A stretch of 64,000 nt of DNA from Bugula neritina. Its lineage: Eukaryota > Animalia > Bryozoa. A model generated the notes under the pieces. That model had not been told where the DNA came from. It made no database searches and saw nothing but the letters and a program-made list of their open reading frames with translations. The stretch is from contig OZ037770.1 in NCBI GenBank assembly GCA_964035545.1, positions 7,310,027 to 7,374,026 on the forward strand, in the 5' to 3' direction. A program made the translations under genes and the position numbers. This document shows positions 1-15,000 of the stretch, one piece after another. Positions within the stretch are counted from its first letter, which is position 1, and the number at the start of each line of letters is the position of its first letter.

Positions 1-3000
1 GTATGTTTCAGTATGTTACAGTACATTTCTGTATATTACAGTATACTTCAGGGTATTTCAGTATGCTACAGCATATTTCAGTATGTTGCAGTATATTTCA
101 ATATGTTGCAGTATATTTCGGTATTTTGCCGAATGTTTCAGTATATTGCAGTATATTTCAATGTGTTGCAGTGTTATTCAATATGTTACAGTGTATTTCG
201 GTATGTTGCGGTCTATTTCAGTATGTTACAGCGTATTTCAGTGTGTTGCAGTATGTTGCAGTATTTTTCAGTATGTTACAGTATATTTTAGTATGTTCCA
301 GTACATTTCCGTATATTAAACTATATTTCAGTGAGTTGAGGTGTATTTCAGTGTGCTAGAGCATATTTCAGTATGGTGCAGTGTTTTTCAATGTGTTACA
401 GTATATTTCAGTATAAAACTGTATATTTAGGTATGTTGCTGTATATTCCAATGTGTTGCAGTGTATTTCAGTATGTTACAGTGTATTTCAGTATGTTGCA
501 GCATGTTGCAGAATATTTCAGTATGTTGCAGTATATTTCAGTATGTTGCAGTATGTTTCAGTATGTTACAACATAATTCAGTATTTTGCCGTACATTTCA
601 GTGTGTTACAGTATATTTCGGTATGTTACAGTATGTTTCGGTATGTTCCAGTATATTTCGGTATGTTTCAGTATGTTTCAGTATGTTTCAGTGTGTTGCA
701 GTATATTTCACTGTGTTGCAGTGTATTTCAATATGTTACAGTGTATTTCAGTATGTTGCAGTGTGATTCAGTATGTTACAGTATATTTCAGTATGTTTTC
801 GTATGTTTCAGTATTTTACAGTACATTTCTGTATACTACAGTATACTTCAGTGTGTTGCAGTGTAATTCAGTATGTTACAGTGTGTTTCAGTATGTTGCA
901 GCATTATTCACCATGCTGCAGTACAGTTCAGTATGTTGACGTATGTTTCAGTAGGTTACAGTACATTTCTGTATACTACAATATACTTCAGTGTGTTACA
1001 GTGTATTTAGGTATGTTGCAGTCTATTTCAGTATGTTACAGTGTCTTTCAGTATGTCGCAGTATGTTGCAGTATATTTCAGTATGTTACAGTGTATTTCG
1101 GTATGTTGCAGTATGTTTTAGTAGTTTGCAACATAATTCAGTATGTTACCATAAATTTCGGTTTGTGGCAGTATATTTCAGTATGTTGCAGTACATTTCA
1201 GTATGTTGCCGTATGTTTCGGTATGTTACAGTACGTTTCTGTATATTACAGTATACTTCAGTATGTTACAGTGTATTTCAGTATTTTGCAGTGTGATTCA
1301 CTATGTTGCAGTATATTTCAGTATGTTGTCGTATGTTTCAGAATTTTACAGTACATTTCTGTATATTTCAGCGAGTTGCAGTGTTTTTCAATGTGTTACA
1401 GTATATTTCAGTATATTAACGTAAATTTAGGTATGTTGCAGTTTATTTCAATGTGTTGCAGTTTATTTCAGTATGTTACAGTTTATTTCAGTATGTTGCA
1501 GTATGTTGCAGTATATTTCAGTAGGTTGAGGTATATTTCAGTATGTTGCAGTATGTTTCAGTGTGTTACAACATAATTCAGTATTTTGCCGTATATTTCA
1601 TTGTGTTACAGTATATTTCATTATGTTGCAGTATGTTTCGGTATGTTCCAGTATAATTCAGTATGTTTCTCAATGTTTTAGTACATTTCAGTATGTTACA
1701 GTACATGTCCGTATATTACGATATACTTTGATATGTTGCAGTATATTTCAGTATGTTGCAGTATGTTTCGGTGTGTTGCAGTGTATTTTAATATGTTACA
1801 GTGTATTCAGTATGTTGCAGTCTATTTCAGTTTGTTACAGTGTAGTTCAGTATGTTGCAGTATGTTGCAGTATGTTGCAGTATATTTAAGTACGTTACAG
1901 TATATTGCAGTATGTTACAGTACGTTTCCGTATATTGCACTATATTTCAGTGAGTTGCAGTGTATTTCAGTGTGCTACAGCATACTTCAGTATGGTGCAG
2001 TGTTTTACACTATGTTACAGTATGTTTCACTATATTACTGTATATTTAGGTATGTTACAGTTTATTATAATGTGTTGCAGTGTATTTCATTATGTTACAG
2101 TGTATTTCAGTATGTTGCAACATGTTGCAGGATATTTCAGTATGTTACAGTGTATTTCAGTATGTTGCAGTATTATTCAGCACGCTGCAGTACATTTCAG
2201 TATGTTGACGTATGTTTCAGTATGTTACAGTACATTTCTGTATACTGCAATATACTTCAGTGTGTTACAGTGTATTTAAGTATGTTGCAGTCTATTTCAG
2301 TATGTTACAGTGTATTTCAGTATGTCGCAGTATGTTGCAGTATATTTCAGTATGTTACGGTGTACTTCGGTATGTTGCAGTTTGTTGCAGTGTATTTCAG
2401 TATGTGACAGTGTATTTCAGTATGTTGCAGTGTTATTGGGTATGTTGCAGTATATTTCAGTATGTTGCCGTATGTTTCAGTATGTTACAGTACGTTTCTG
2501 TATATTACAGTATACTTCAGTGTGTTGCAGTGTATTTCAGTATGTTGCAGTATGTTGCAGTGTAATTCAGTATGTTACAGTGTATTTCAGTATGTTGCAG
2601 TACATTTCAGCATGCTGCAGTGCATATCAGTATGTTGACGTATGTTTCAGTATGTTACAGTACATTTCTGTATATTACAGTCTACTCCAGTGTGTTGCAG
2701 TGTATTTCAGTATGCTACAGCATAATATTTCACTATGTTGCAGTATATTTCAATGTCTCGCAGTGTATTTCAGTATGTTTCAGTATGTTTCAGTGTGTTG
2801 CAGTATATTTCAATGTGTTGCAGTGTTTTTCAATATGTTACAGTGTATTTCAGTATGTTGCAGTTTGTTGCAGTGTATTTCAGTATGTGACAGTGTATTT
2901 CAGTATGTTGCAGTGTGTTGCAGTATGTTGCAGGGTATTTCAGTATGTTACAGTGGATTTCGGTATGTTGCAGTATTTTGCAGTATATTTCAGTGTGTTG

Positions 3001-6000
3001 CAGTAAATTTCAGTATGTTGCTGAGTGTTTCAGTATGTTGCAGTATGTTTTAGTATGTTACAGTATATTTCAGTATGTTGCAGTGTAATTCAATATGTTA
3101 CAGTATATCTCAGTAGTTTACCATGAATTCCGGTATGTCGCAGTATGGTTGAATGTGTTGCAGTGTATTTCAATATGTTACAGTGTAATTCCGTATGTTG
3201 CAGTATGTTGCAGTATGTTGCAGTATATTTCAGCATGTTAAAGTGTATCTCAGTATGTTGTAGTATGTTGCAGTGTATTTCAGTATGTTGCAGTGTATTC
3301 CAGTGTGCTACACAATATTTCAGCATGTTGCAGTGTTTTTCAATGTGTTACAGTATATTTCAGTATATTACCGTAAATTTAGGTATGTTGCAGTTTATTC
3401 CAATGTGTCGCAGTTCTTTTCAGTATGTTACAGTGTATTTCAATATGTTGCAGTATGTTGCAGTGTAATTCAGTATGTTACAGTGTATTTCAGTATGTTG
3501 CAGTCTATTTCAGTATGTTACAGCGTATTTCAGTATGTTGCAGTATGTTTCAGTGTGTTGCAGTGTATTTCAATATGTTACAGTTTATTTCAGTGTGTTG
3601 CAGTCTATTTCAGTTTGTTACGGTGTAGTTCAGTATGTTGCAGTATGTTGCAATATGTTGCAGTATATTTAAGTATGTTACAGTATATTGCAGTATGTTA
3701 CAGTACATTTCCGTATATTACACTATATTTCAGTGAGTTGCAGTGTAGTTCAGTGTGCTGCAGCATATTTCAGTATGGTGCAGTGTTTTTCAATATGTTA
3801 CAGTATGTTTCACTATATTACTGTATATTTAGGTATGTTGCAGTTTATTATAACGTGTTGCAGTGTATTTCAATATGTTACAGTGTAATTCAGTATGTTG
3901 CAGTATGTTGCAGGATATTTCAGTACGTTGCAGTATATTTCAGTATGTTGAAGTATGTTTCAGTGTGTTGCAGTATATTTCAATGTGTTGCAGTGTATTT
4001 CAATATGTTACAGTGTAATTCAGTATGTTGCAGTATGTTGCAGTGTGTTGCAGTATATTTCAATGTGTTTCAGTGTATTTCAGTATGTTACAGTGTATTT
4101 CAGTAAGTTGCAGTGTGATTCAGTATGTTGCAGTATATTTCACTATGTTGTCGTATGATTCAGTATTTTACAGTACATTTCTGTATATTTCTGCAAGTTG
4201 CAGTGTATTTCAGTTTGCTACACAATATTTCAGTATGTTGCAGTGTTTTTCAATGTGTTACAGTATATTTCAGTATATTACCGTAAACTTAGGTATGTTG
4301 CAGTTTATTCCATTGTGTTGCAGTTCATTTCAGTATGTTACAGTGTATTTCAGTATGTGACAGTATGTTGCAGTATATTTCAGTAGGTTGAAGTATATTT
4401 CAGTATGTTGCAGTATGTTTCAGTATGTTACAACATAATTCAGTATTTTGCCGTATATTTCAGTGTGTTGCAGTATATTTCATTATGTTGCAGTATGTTT
4501 CGGTATGTTCCAGTATAATTCAGTATGTTTCTCAATGTTTCAGTATATTTCAGTATGTTACAGTACATGTCCGTATATTACGATATACTTCGATGTGTTG
4601 CAGTATATTTCATTATTTTGCAGTATGCTTCAGTGTGTTGCAGTGTATTTCAATATGTTACAGTTTATTTCAGTGTGTTGCAGTCTATTTCAGTTTGTTA
4701 CGGTGTAGTTCAGTATGTTGCAGTATGTTGCAATATGTTGCAGTATATTTATGTATGTTACAGTATATTGCAGTATGTTACAGTACATTTCCGTATATTA
4801 CACTATATTTCAGTGAGTTGCAGTGTAGTTCAGTGTGCTGCAGCATATTTCAGTATGGTGCAGTGTTTTTCAATATGTTACAGTATGTTTCACTATTATA
4901 CTGTATATTTAGGTATGTTGCAGTTTATTATAATGTGTTGCGGTGTATTTCATTATGTTACAGTGTATTTCAGTATGTTGCAGGATATTTCAGTACGTTG
5001 CAGTATATTTCAGTATGTTGAAGTATGTTTCAGTGTGTTGCAGTATATTTCAATGTGTTGCAGTGTATTTCAATATGTTACAGTGTAATTCAGTATGTTG
5101 CAGTATGTTGCAGTATGTTGCAGTGTACTTCAGTATGTTACAGTGGATTTCGGTATGTTGCAGTATTTTGCAGTACATTTCAGTGTGTTGCAGTACATTT
5201 CAGTATGTTGCCGAGTGTTTCAGTATGTTGCAGTATGTTTTAGTATGTTACAGTATATTTCAGTATGTTGCAGTGTAATTCAGTATGTTACAGTATATTT
5301 CAGTAGTTTATCATAAATTCCGGTATGTTGCAGTATAATTTAATATGTTGCAGTGTATTTCAATATGTTTCAGTGTATTTTAGTATATTTCAGTATGTTG
5401 CTGTGTAATTATGCATGTTGCAGTACATTTCAGTATGTTGACGTATGTTTCAGTATGTTACAGTACATTTCTGTATATTACAGTCTACTCCAGTGTGTTG
5501 CAGTGTATTTCAGTATGCTACAGCATAATATTTCACTATGTTGCAGTATATTTCAATGTCTCGCAGTATATTTCAATGTGTTGCAGCGTTTTTCAATATG
5601 TTACAGTGTATGTCAGTATGTTGCAGTATGTTGCAGTGTATTTCAGTATGTGACAGTGTATTTCAGTATGTTGCAGTGTGATTGGGTATGTTGCAGTATA
5701 TTTCAGTATGTTGTCGTATGTTTCAGTATTTTACAGTACATTTCTGTATATTACAGTATATTTCAGTCTGTTGCAGTGCATTTCAGCATGTTGCAGTATG
5801 TTGCAGTGTAATTCAGTATGTTACAGTGTATTTCAGTATGTTGTAGTATATTTCATCACGTTGCAGTACATTTCAGTATGTTGACGTATGTTTCTGTATG
5901 TTACAGTACATTTCTGTATATTACAGTATACTTCAGTGTATTTCAGTATGCTACAGCATATTTCAGTATGTTGCAGTATATTTCAGTAGGTTGAAGTATA

Positions 6001-9000
6001 TTTCAGTATGTTGCAGTATGTTCCAGTATAATTCAGTATGTTTCCCAATGTTTCAGTATATTTCAGTATGTTACAGTACATGTCCGTATATTACGATATA
6101 CTTCGATATGTTGCAGTATGTTTCAGTATTTTGCAGTATGTTTCAGTGTGTTGCAGCCTATTTCAATATGTTACAGTTTATTTCAGTATGTTGCAGTCTA
6201 TTTCAGTTTGTTACAGTGTAGTTCAGTATGTTGCAGTATGTTGCAGTATGTTGCAGTATATTTAAGTATGTTACAGTATATTGCAGTATGTTACAGTACA
6301 TTTCCGTATATTACACTATATTTCAGTGAGTTGCAGTGTATTTCAGTGTGCTGCAGCATATTTCAGTATGGTGCAGTGTTTTTCAATATGTTACAAGATG
6401 TTTCACTATATTACTGTATATTTAGGTATGTTGCAGTTTATTAAAATGTGTTGCAGTGTATTTCATTATGTTACAGTGTATTTCAGTATGTTGCAGTATA
6501 TTTCAGTATGTTGAAGTATGTTTCAATGTGTTGCAGTGTATTTTAATATGTTACAGTGTAATTCAGTATGTTGCAGTATGTTGCAGTATGTTGCAGTGTA
6601 TTTCAGTATGTTACAGTATATTGCAGTATGTTACAGTACATTTCCGTATATTACACTATATTTCAGTGAGTTGCAGTGTATTTCAGTGTGCTGCAGCATA
6701 TTTCAGTATGGTGCAGTGTTTTTCAATATGTTACAGTATGTTTCACTATATTACTGTATATTTAGGTATGTTGCAGTTTATTATAATGTGTTGCAGTGTA
6801 TTTCTTTATGTTACAGTGTATTTCAGTATGTTGCAGTATATTTCAGTGTGTTGCAGTATATTTTAATGTGTTGCAGTGTAATTCAATATGTTACAGTGTA
6901 ATTCAGTATGTTGCAGTATGTTGCAGTATGTTGCAGTGTATTTCAGTATGTTACAGTGGATTTCGGTAGGTTGCAGTATTTTGCAGTATATTTCAGTGTG
7001 TTGCAGTATATTTTAATGTGTTGCAGTGTAATTCAATATGTTACAGTGTAATTCAGTATGTTGCAGTATGTTGCAGTATGTTGCAGTGTATTTCAGTATG
7101 TTACAGTGGATTTCGGTAGGTTGCAGTATTTTGCAGTATATTTCAGTGTGTTGCAGTATATTTCAGTATGTTGCCGAGTGTTTCAGTATGTTGCAGTGTG
7201 TTGCAGTATGTTACAGTATATTTCAGTATGTTGCAGTGTAATTCAGTATGTTACGGTATATTTCAGTAGTTTACCATAAATTCCAGTATGTTGCAGTATA
7301 ATGGAATGTGTTGCAGTGTATTTCAATATGTTACAGTGTATTTCAGTATATTTCAGTATGTCGCTGTGTAATTCAGTATGTTGCAGTATATTTCAGTAGG
7401 TTGTCGTATGTTTCAGCATTTTACAGTACATTTCTGTATATTACAGTATAATTGAATGTGTTGCAATGTATTTCAATATGTTACAGTGTATTTCAGTATG
7501 TTGCAGTATGCTGCAGTGTAATTATGCATGTTGCAGTACATTTCAGTATGTTGACGTATGTTTCAGTATGTTACAGTACATTTCTGTATATTACAGTCTA
7601 CTCCAGTGTGTTGCAGTGTATTTCAGTATGCTACAGCATAATATTTCACTATGTTGCAGTATATTTCAATGTCTCGCAGTATATTTCAGTATGTTTCAGT
7701 GTGTTGCAGTATATTTCAATGTGTTGCAGTGTTTTTCAATATGTTACAGTGTATTTCAGTATGTTGCAGTTTGTTGCAGTGTATTTCAGTATGTGACAGT
7801 GTATTTCAGTATGTTGCAGTGTGATTGGGTATGTTGCAGTATATTTTGGTATGTTGTCGTATGTTTCATTATTTTACAGGACATTTCTCTATATTACAGT
7901 ATATTTCAGTCTGTTGCAGTGTATTTCAGTATGTTGCAGTAAGTTGCAGTGTAATTCAGTATGTTACAGTGTATTTCAGTATGTTGTAGTATGTTTCAGC
8001 ATGTTGCAGTACATTTCAGTATGTTGACGTATGTTTCAGTATGTTACAGTACATTTCTGTATATTACAGTATACTTCAGGGTATTTCAGTATGCTACAGC
8101 ATATTTCAGTATGTTGCAGTATATTTCAATATGTTGCAGTATATTTCGGTATTTTGCCGAATGTTTCAGTATATTGCAGTATATTTCAATGTGTTGCAGT
8201 GTTATTCAATATGTTACAGTGTATTTCGGTATGTTGCGGTCTATTTCAGTATGCTACAGCATATTTCAGTATGTTGCAGTATATTTCAATATGTTGCAGT
8301 ATATTTCGGTATTTTGCCGAATGTTTCAGTATATTGCAGTATATTTCAATGTGTTGCAGTGTTATTCAATATGTTTCAGTGTATTTTAGTATATTTCAGT
8401 ATGTTGCTGTGTAATTATGCATGTTGCAGTACATTTCAGTATGTTGACGTATGTTTCAGTATGTTACAGTACATTTCTGTATATTACAGTCTACTCCAGT
8501 GTGTTGCAGTGTATTTCAGTATGCTACAGCATAATATTTCACTATGTTGCAGTATATTTCAATGTCTCGCAGTATATTTCAATGTGTTGCAGCGTTTTTC
8601 AATATGTTACAGTGTATGTCAGTATGTTGCAGTATGTTGCAGTGTATTTCAGTATGTGACAGTGTATTTCAGTATGTTGCAGTGTGATTGGGTATGTTGC
8701 AGTATATTTCAGTATGTTGTCGTATGTTTCAGTATTTTACAGTACATTTCTGTATATTACAGTATATTTCAGTCTGTTGCAGTGCATTTCAGCATGTTGC
8801 AGTATGTTGCAGTGTAATTCAGTATGTTACAGTGTATTTCAGTATGTTGTAGTATATTTCATCACGTTGCAGTACATTTCAGTATGTTGACGTATGTTTC
8901 TGTATGTTACAGTACATTTCTGTATATTACAGTATACTTCAGTGTATTTCAGTATGCTACAGCATATTTCAGTATGTTGCAGTATATTTCAGTAGGTTGA

Positions 9001-12000
9001 AGTATATTTCAGTATGTTGCAGTATGTTCCAGTATAATTCAGTATGTTTCCCAATGTTTCAGTATATTTCAGTATGTTACAGTACATGTCCGTATATTAC
9101 GATATACTTCGATATGTTGCAGTATGTTTCAGTATTTTGCAGTATGTTTCAGTGTGTTGCAGCCTATTTCAATATGTTACAGTTTATTTCAGTATGTTGC
9201 AGTCTATTTCAGTTTGTTACAGTGTAGTTCAGTATGTTGCAGTATGTTGCAGTATGTTGCAGTATATTTAAGTATGTTACAGTATATTGCAGTATGTTAC
9301 AGTACATTTCCGTATATTACACTATATTTCAGTGAGTTGCAGTGTATTTCAGTGTGCTGCAGCATATTTCAGTATGGTGCAGTGTTTTTCAATATGTTAC
9401 AAGATGTTTCACTATATTACTGTATATTTAGGTATGTTGCAGTTTATTAAAATGTGTTGCAGTGTATTTCATTATGTTACAGTGTATTTCAGTATGTTGC
9501 AGTATATTTCAGTATGTTGAAGTATGTTTCAATGTGTTGCAGTGTATTTTAATATGTTACAGTGTAATTCAGTATGTTGCAGTATGTTGCAGTATGTTGC
9601 AGTGTATTTCAGTATGTTACAGTATATTGCAGTATGTTACAGTACATTTCCGTATATTACACTATATTTCAGTGAGTTGCAGTGTATTTCAGTGTGCTGC
9701 AGCATATTTCAGTATGGTGCAGTGTTTTTCAATATGTTACAGTATGTTTCACTATATTACTGTATATTTAGGTATGTTGCAGTTTATTATAATGTGTTGC
9801 AGTGTATTTCTTTATGTTACAGTGTATTTCAGTATGTTGCAGTATATTTCAGTGTGTTGCAGTATATTTTAATGTGTTGCAGTGTAATTCAATATGTTAC
9901 AGTGTAATTCAGTATGTTGCAGTATGTTGCAGTATGTTGCAGTGTATTTCAGTATGTTACAGTGGATTTCGGTAGGTTGCAGTATTTTGCAGTATATTTC
10001 AGTGTGTTGCAGTATATTTTAATGTGTTGCAGTGTAATTCAATATGTTACAGTGTAATTCAGTATGTTGCAGTATGTTGCAGTATGTTGCAGTGTATTTC
10101 AGTATGTTACAGTGGATTTCGGTAGGTTGCAGTATTTTGCAGTATATTTCAGTGTGTTGCAGTATATTTCAGTATGTTGCCGAGTGTTTCAGTATGTTGC
10201 AGTGTGTTGCAGTATGTTACAGTATATTTCAGTATGTTGCAGTGTAATTCAGTATGTTACGGTATATTTCAGTAGTTTACCATAAATTCCAGTATGTTGC
10301 AGTATAATGGAATGTGTTGCAGTGTATTTCAATATGTTACAGTGTATTTCAGTATATTTCAGTATGTCGCTGTGTAATTCAGTATGTTGCAGTATATTTC
10401 AGTAGGTTGTCGTATGTTTCAGCATTTTACAGTACATTTCTGTATATTACAGTATAATTGAATGTGTTGCAATGTATTTCAATATGTTACAGTGTATTTC
10501 AGTATGTTGCAGTATGCTGCAGTGTAATTATGCATGTTGCAGTACATTTCAGTATGTTGACGTATGTTTCAGTATGTTACAGTACATTTCTGTATATTAC
10601 AGTCTACTCCAGTGTGTTGCAGTGTATTTCAGTATGCTACAGCATAATATTTCACTATGTTGCAGTATATTTCAATGTCTCGCAGTATATTTCAGTATGT
10701 TTCAGTGTGTTGCAGTATATTTCAATGTGTTGCAGTGTTTTTCAATATGTTACAGTGTATTTCAGTATGTTGCAGTTTGTTGCAGTGTATTTCAGTATGT
10801 GACAGTGTATTTCAGTATGTTGCAGTGTGATTGGGTATGTTGCAGTATATTTTGGTATGTTGTCGTATGTTTCATTATTTTACAGGACATTTCTCTATAT
10901 TACAGTATATTTCAGTCTGTTGCAGTGTATTTCAGTATGTTGCAGTAAGTTGCAGTGTAATTCAGTATGTTACAGTGTATTTCAGTATGTTGTAGTATGT
11001 TTCAGCATGTTGCAGTACATTTCAGTATGTTGACGTATGTTTCAGTATGTTACAGTACATTTCTGTATATTACAGTATACTTCAGGGTATTTCAGTATGC
11101 TACAGCATATTTCAGTATGTTGCAGTATATTTCAATATGTTGCAGTATATTTCGGTATTTTGCCGAATGTTTCAGTATATTGCAGTATATTTCAATGTGT
11201 TGCAGTGTTATTCAATATGTTACAGTGTATTTCGGTATGTTGCGGTCTATTTCAGTATGTTACAGCGTATTTCAGTGTGTTGCAGTATGTTGCAGTATTT
11301 TTCAGTATGTTACAGTATATTTTAGTATGTTCCAGTACATTTCCGTATATTAAACTATATTTCAGTGAGTTGAGGTGTATTTCAGTGTGCTAGAGCATAT
11401 TTCAGTATGGTGCAGTGTTTTTCAATGTGTTACAGTATATTTCAGTATAAAACTGTATATTTAGGTATGTTGCTGTATATTCCAATGTGTTGCAGTGTAT
11501 TTCAGTATGTTACAGTGTATTTCAGTATGTTGCAGCATGTTGCAGAATATTTCAGTATGTTGCAGTATATTTCAGTATGTTGCAGTATGTTTCAGTATGT
11601 TACAACATAATTCAGTATTTTGCCGTACATTTCAGTGTGTTACAGTATATTTCGGTATGTTACAGTATGTTTCGGTATGTTCCAGTATATTTCGGTATGT
11701 TTCAGTATGTTTCAGTATGTTTCAGTGTGTTGCAGTATATTTCACTGTGTTGCAGTGTATTTCAATATGTTACAGTGTATTTCAGTATGTTGCAGTGTGA
11801 TTCAGTATGTTACAGTATATTTCAGTATGTTTTCGTATGTTTCAGTATTTTACAGTACATTTCTGTATACTACAGTATACTTCAGTGTGTTGCAGTGTAA
11901 TTCAGTATGTTACAGTGTGTTTCAGTATGTTGCAGCATTATTCACCATGCTGCAGTACAGTTCAGTATGTTGACGTATGTTTCAGTAGGTTACAGTACAT

Positions 12001-15000
12001 TTCTGTATACTACAATATACTTCAGTGTGTTACAGTGTATTTAGGTATGTTGCAGTCTATTTCAGTATGTTACAGTGTCTTTCAGTATGTCGCAGTATGT
12101 TGCAGTATATTTCAGTATGTTACAGTGTATTTCGGTATGTTGCAGTATGTTTTAGTAGTTTGCAACATAATTCAGTATGTTACCATAAATTTCGGTTTGT
12201 GGCAGTATATTTCAGTATGTTGCAGTACATTTCAGTATGTTGCCGTATGTTTTGGTATGTTACAGTACGTTTCTGTATATTACAGTATACTTCAGTATGT
12301 TACAGTGTATTTCAGTATTTTGCAGTGTGATTCACTATGTTGCAGTATATTTCAGTATGTTGTCGTATGTTTCAGAATTTTACAGTACATTTCTGTATAT
12401 TTCAGCGAGTTGCAGTGTTTTTCAATGTGTTACAGTATATTTCAGTATATTAACGTAAATTTAGGTATGTTGCAGTTTATTTCAATGTGTTGCAGTTTAT
12501 TTCAGTATGTTACAGTTTATTTCAGTATGTTGCAGTATGTTGCAGTATATTTCAGTAGGTTGAGGTATATTTCAGTATGTTGCAGTATGTTTCAGTGTGT
12601 TACAACATAATTCAGTATTTTGCCGTATATTTCATTGTGTTACAGTATATTTCATTATGTTGCAGTATGTTTCGGTATGTTCCAGTATAATTCAGTATGT
12701 TTCTCAATGTTTTAGTACATTTCAGTATGTTACAGTACATGTCCGTATATTACGATATACTTTGATATGTTGCAGTATATTTCAGTATGTTGCAGTATGT
12801 TTCGGTGTGTTGCAGTGTATTTTAATATGTTACAGTGTATTCAGTATGTTGCAGTCTATTTCAGTTTGTTACAGTGTAGTTCAGTATGTTGCAGTATGTT
12901 GCAGTATGTTGCAGTATATTTAAGTACGTTACAGTATATTGCAGTATGTTACAGTACGTTTCCGTATATTGCACTATATTTCAGTGAGTTGCAGTGTATT
13001 TCAGTGTGCTACAGCATACTTCAGTATGGTGCAGTGTTTTACACTATGTTACAGTATGTTTCACTATATTACTGTATATTTAGGTATGTTACAGTTTATT
13101 ATAATGTGTTGCAGTGTATTTCATTATGTTACAGTGTATTTCAGTATGTTGCAACATGTTGCAGGATATTTCAGTATGTTACAGTGTATTTCAGTATGTT
13201 GCAGTATTATTCAGCACGCTGCAGTACATTTCAGTATGTTGACGTATGTTTCAGTATGTTACAGTACATTTCTGTATACTGCAATATACTTCAGTGTGTT
13301 ACAGTGTATTTAAGTATGTTGCAGTCTATTTCAGTATGTTACAGTGTATTTCAGTATGTCGCAGTATGTTGCAGTATATTTCAGTATGTTACGGTGTACT
13401 TCGGTATGTTGCAGTTTGTTGCAGTGTATTTCAGTATGTGACAGTGTATTTCAGTATGTTGCAGTGTTATTGGGTATGTTGCAGTATATTTCAGTATGTT
13501 GCCGTATGTTTCAGTATGTTACAGTACGTTTCTGTATATTACAGTATACTTCAGTGTGTTGCAGTGTATTTCAGTATGTTGCAGTATGTTGCAGTGTAAT
13601 TCAGTATGTTACAGTGTATTTCAGTATGTTGCAGTACATTTCAGCATGCTGCAGTGCATATCAGTATGTTGACGTATGTTTCAGTATGTTACAGTACATT
13701 TCTGTATATTACAGTCTACTCCAGTGTGTTGCAGTGTATTTCAGTATGCTACAGCATAATATTTCACTATGTTGCAGTATATTTCAATGTCTCGCAGTGT
13801 ATTTCAGTATGTTTCAGTATGTTTCAGTGTGTTGCAGTATATTTCAATGTGTTGCAGTGTTTTTCAATATGTTACAGTGTATTTCAGTATGTTGCAGTTT
13901 GTTGCAGTGTATTTCAGTATGTGACAGTGTATTTCAGTATGTTGCAGTGTGTTGTAGTATGTTGCAGGGTATTTCAGTATGTTACAGTGGATTTCGGTAT
14001 GTTGCAGTATTTTGCAGTATATTTCAGTGTGTTGCAGTAAATTTCAGTATGTTGCTGAGTGTTTCAGTATGTTGCAGTATGTTTTAGTATGTTACAGTAT
14101 ATTTCAGTATGTTGCAGTGTAATTCAATATGTTACAGTATATCTCAGTAGTTTACCATGAATTCCGGTATGTCGCAGTATGGTTGAATGTGTTGCAGTGT
14201 ATTTCAATATGTTACAGTGTAATTCCGTATGTTGCAGTATGTTGCAGTATGTTGCAGTATATTTCAGCATGTTAAAGTGTATCTCAGTATGTTGTAGTAT
14301 GTTGCAGTGTATTTCAGTATGTTGCAGTGTATTCCAGTGTGCTACACAATATTTCAGCATGTTGCAGTGTTTTTCAATGTGTTACAGTATATTTCAGTAT
14401 ATTACCGTAAATTTAGGTATGTTGCAGTTTATTCCAATGTGTCGCAGTTCTTTTCAGTATGTTACAGTGTATTTCAATATGTTGCAGTATGTTGCAGTGT
14501 AATTCAGTATGTTACAGTGTATTTCAGTATGTTGCAGTCTATTTCAGTATGTTACAGCGTATTTCAGTATGTTGCAGTATGTTTCAGTGTGTTGCAGTGT
14601 ATTTCAATATGTTACAGTTTATTTCAGTGTGTTGCAGTCTATTTCAGTTTGTTACGGTGTAGTTCAGTATGTTGCAGTATGTTGCAATATGTTGCAGTAT
14701 ATTTAAGTATGTTACAGTATATTGCAGTATGTTACAGTACATTTCCGTATATTACACTATATTTCAGTGAGTTGCAGTGTAGTTCAGTGTGCTGCAGCAT
14801 ATTTCAGTATGGTGCAGTGTTTTTCAATATGTTACAGTATGTTTCACTATATTACTGTATATTTAGGTATGTTGCAGTTTATTATAACGTGTTGCAGTGT
14901 ATTTCAATATGTTACAGTGTAATTCAGTATGTTGCAGTATGTTGCAGGATATTTCAGTACGTTGCAGTATATTTCAGTATGTTGAAGTATGTTTCAGTGT

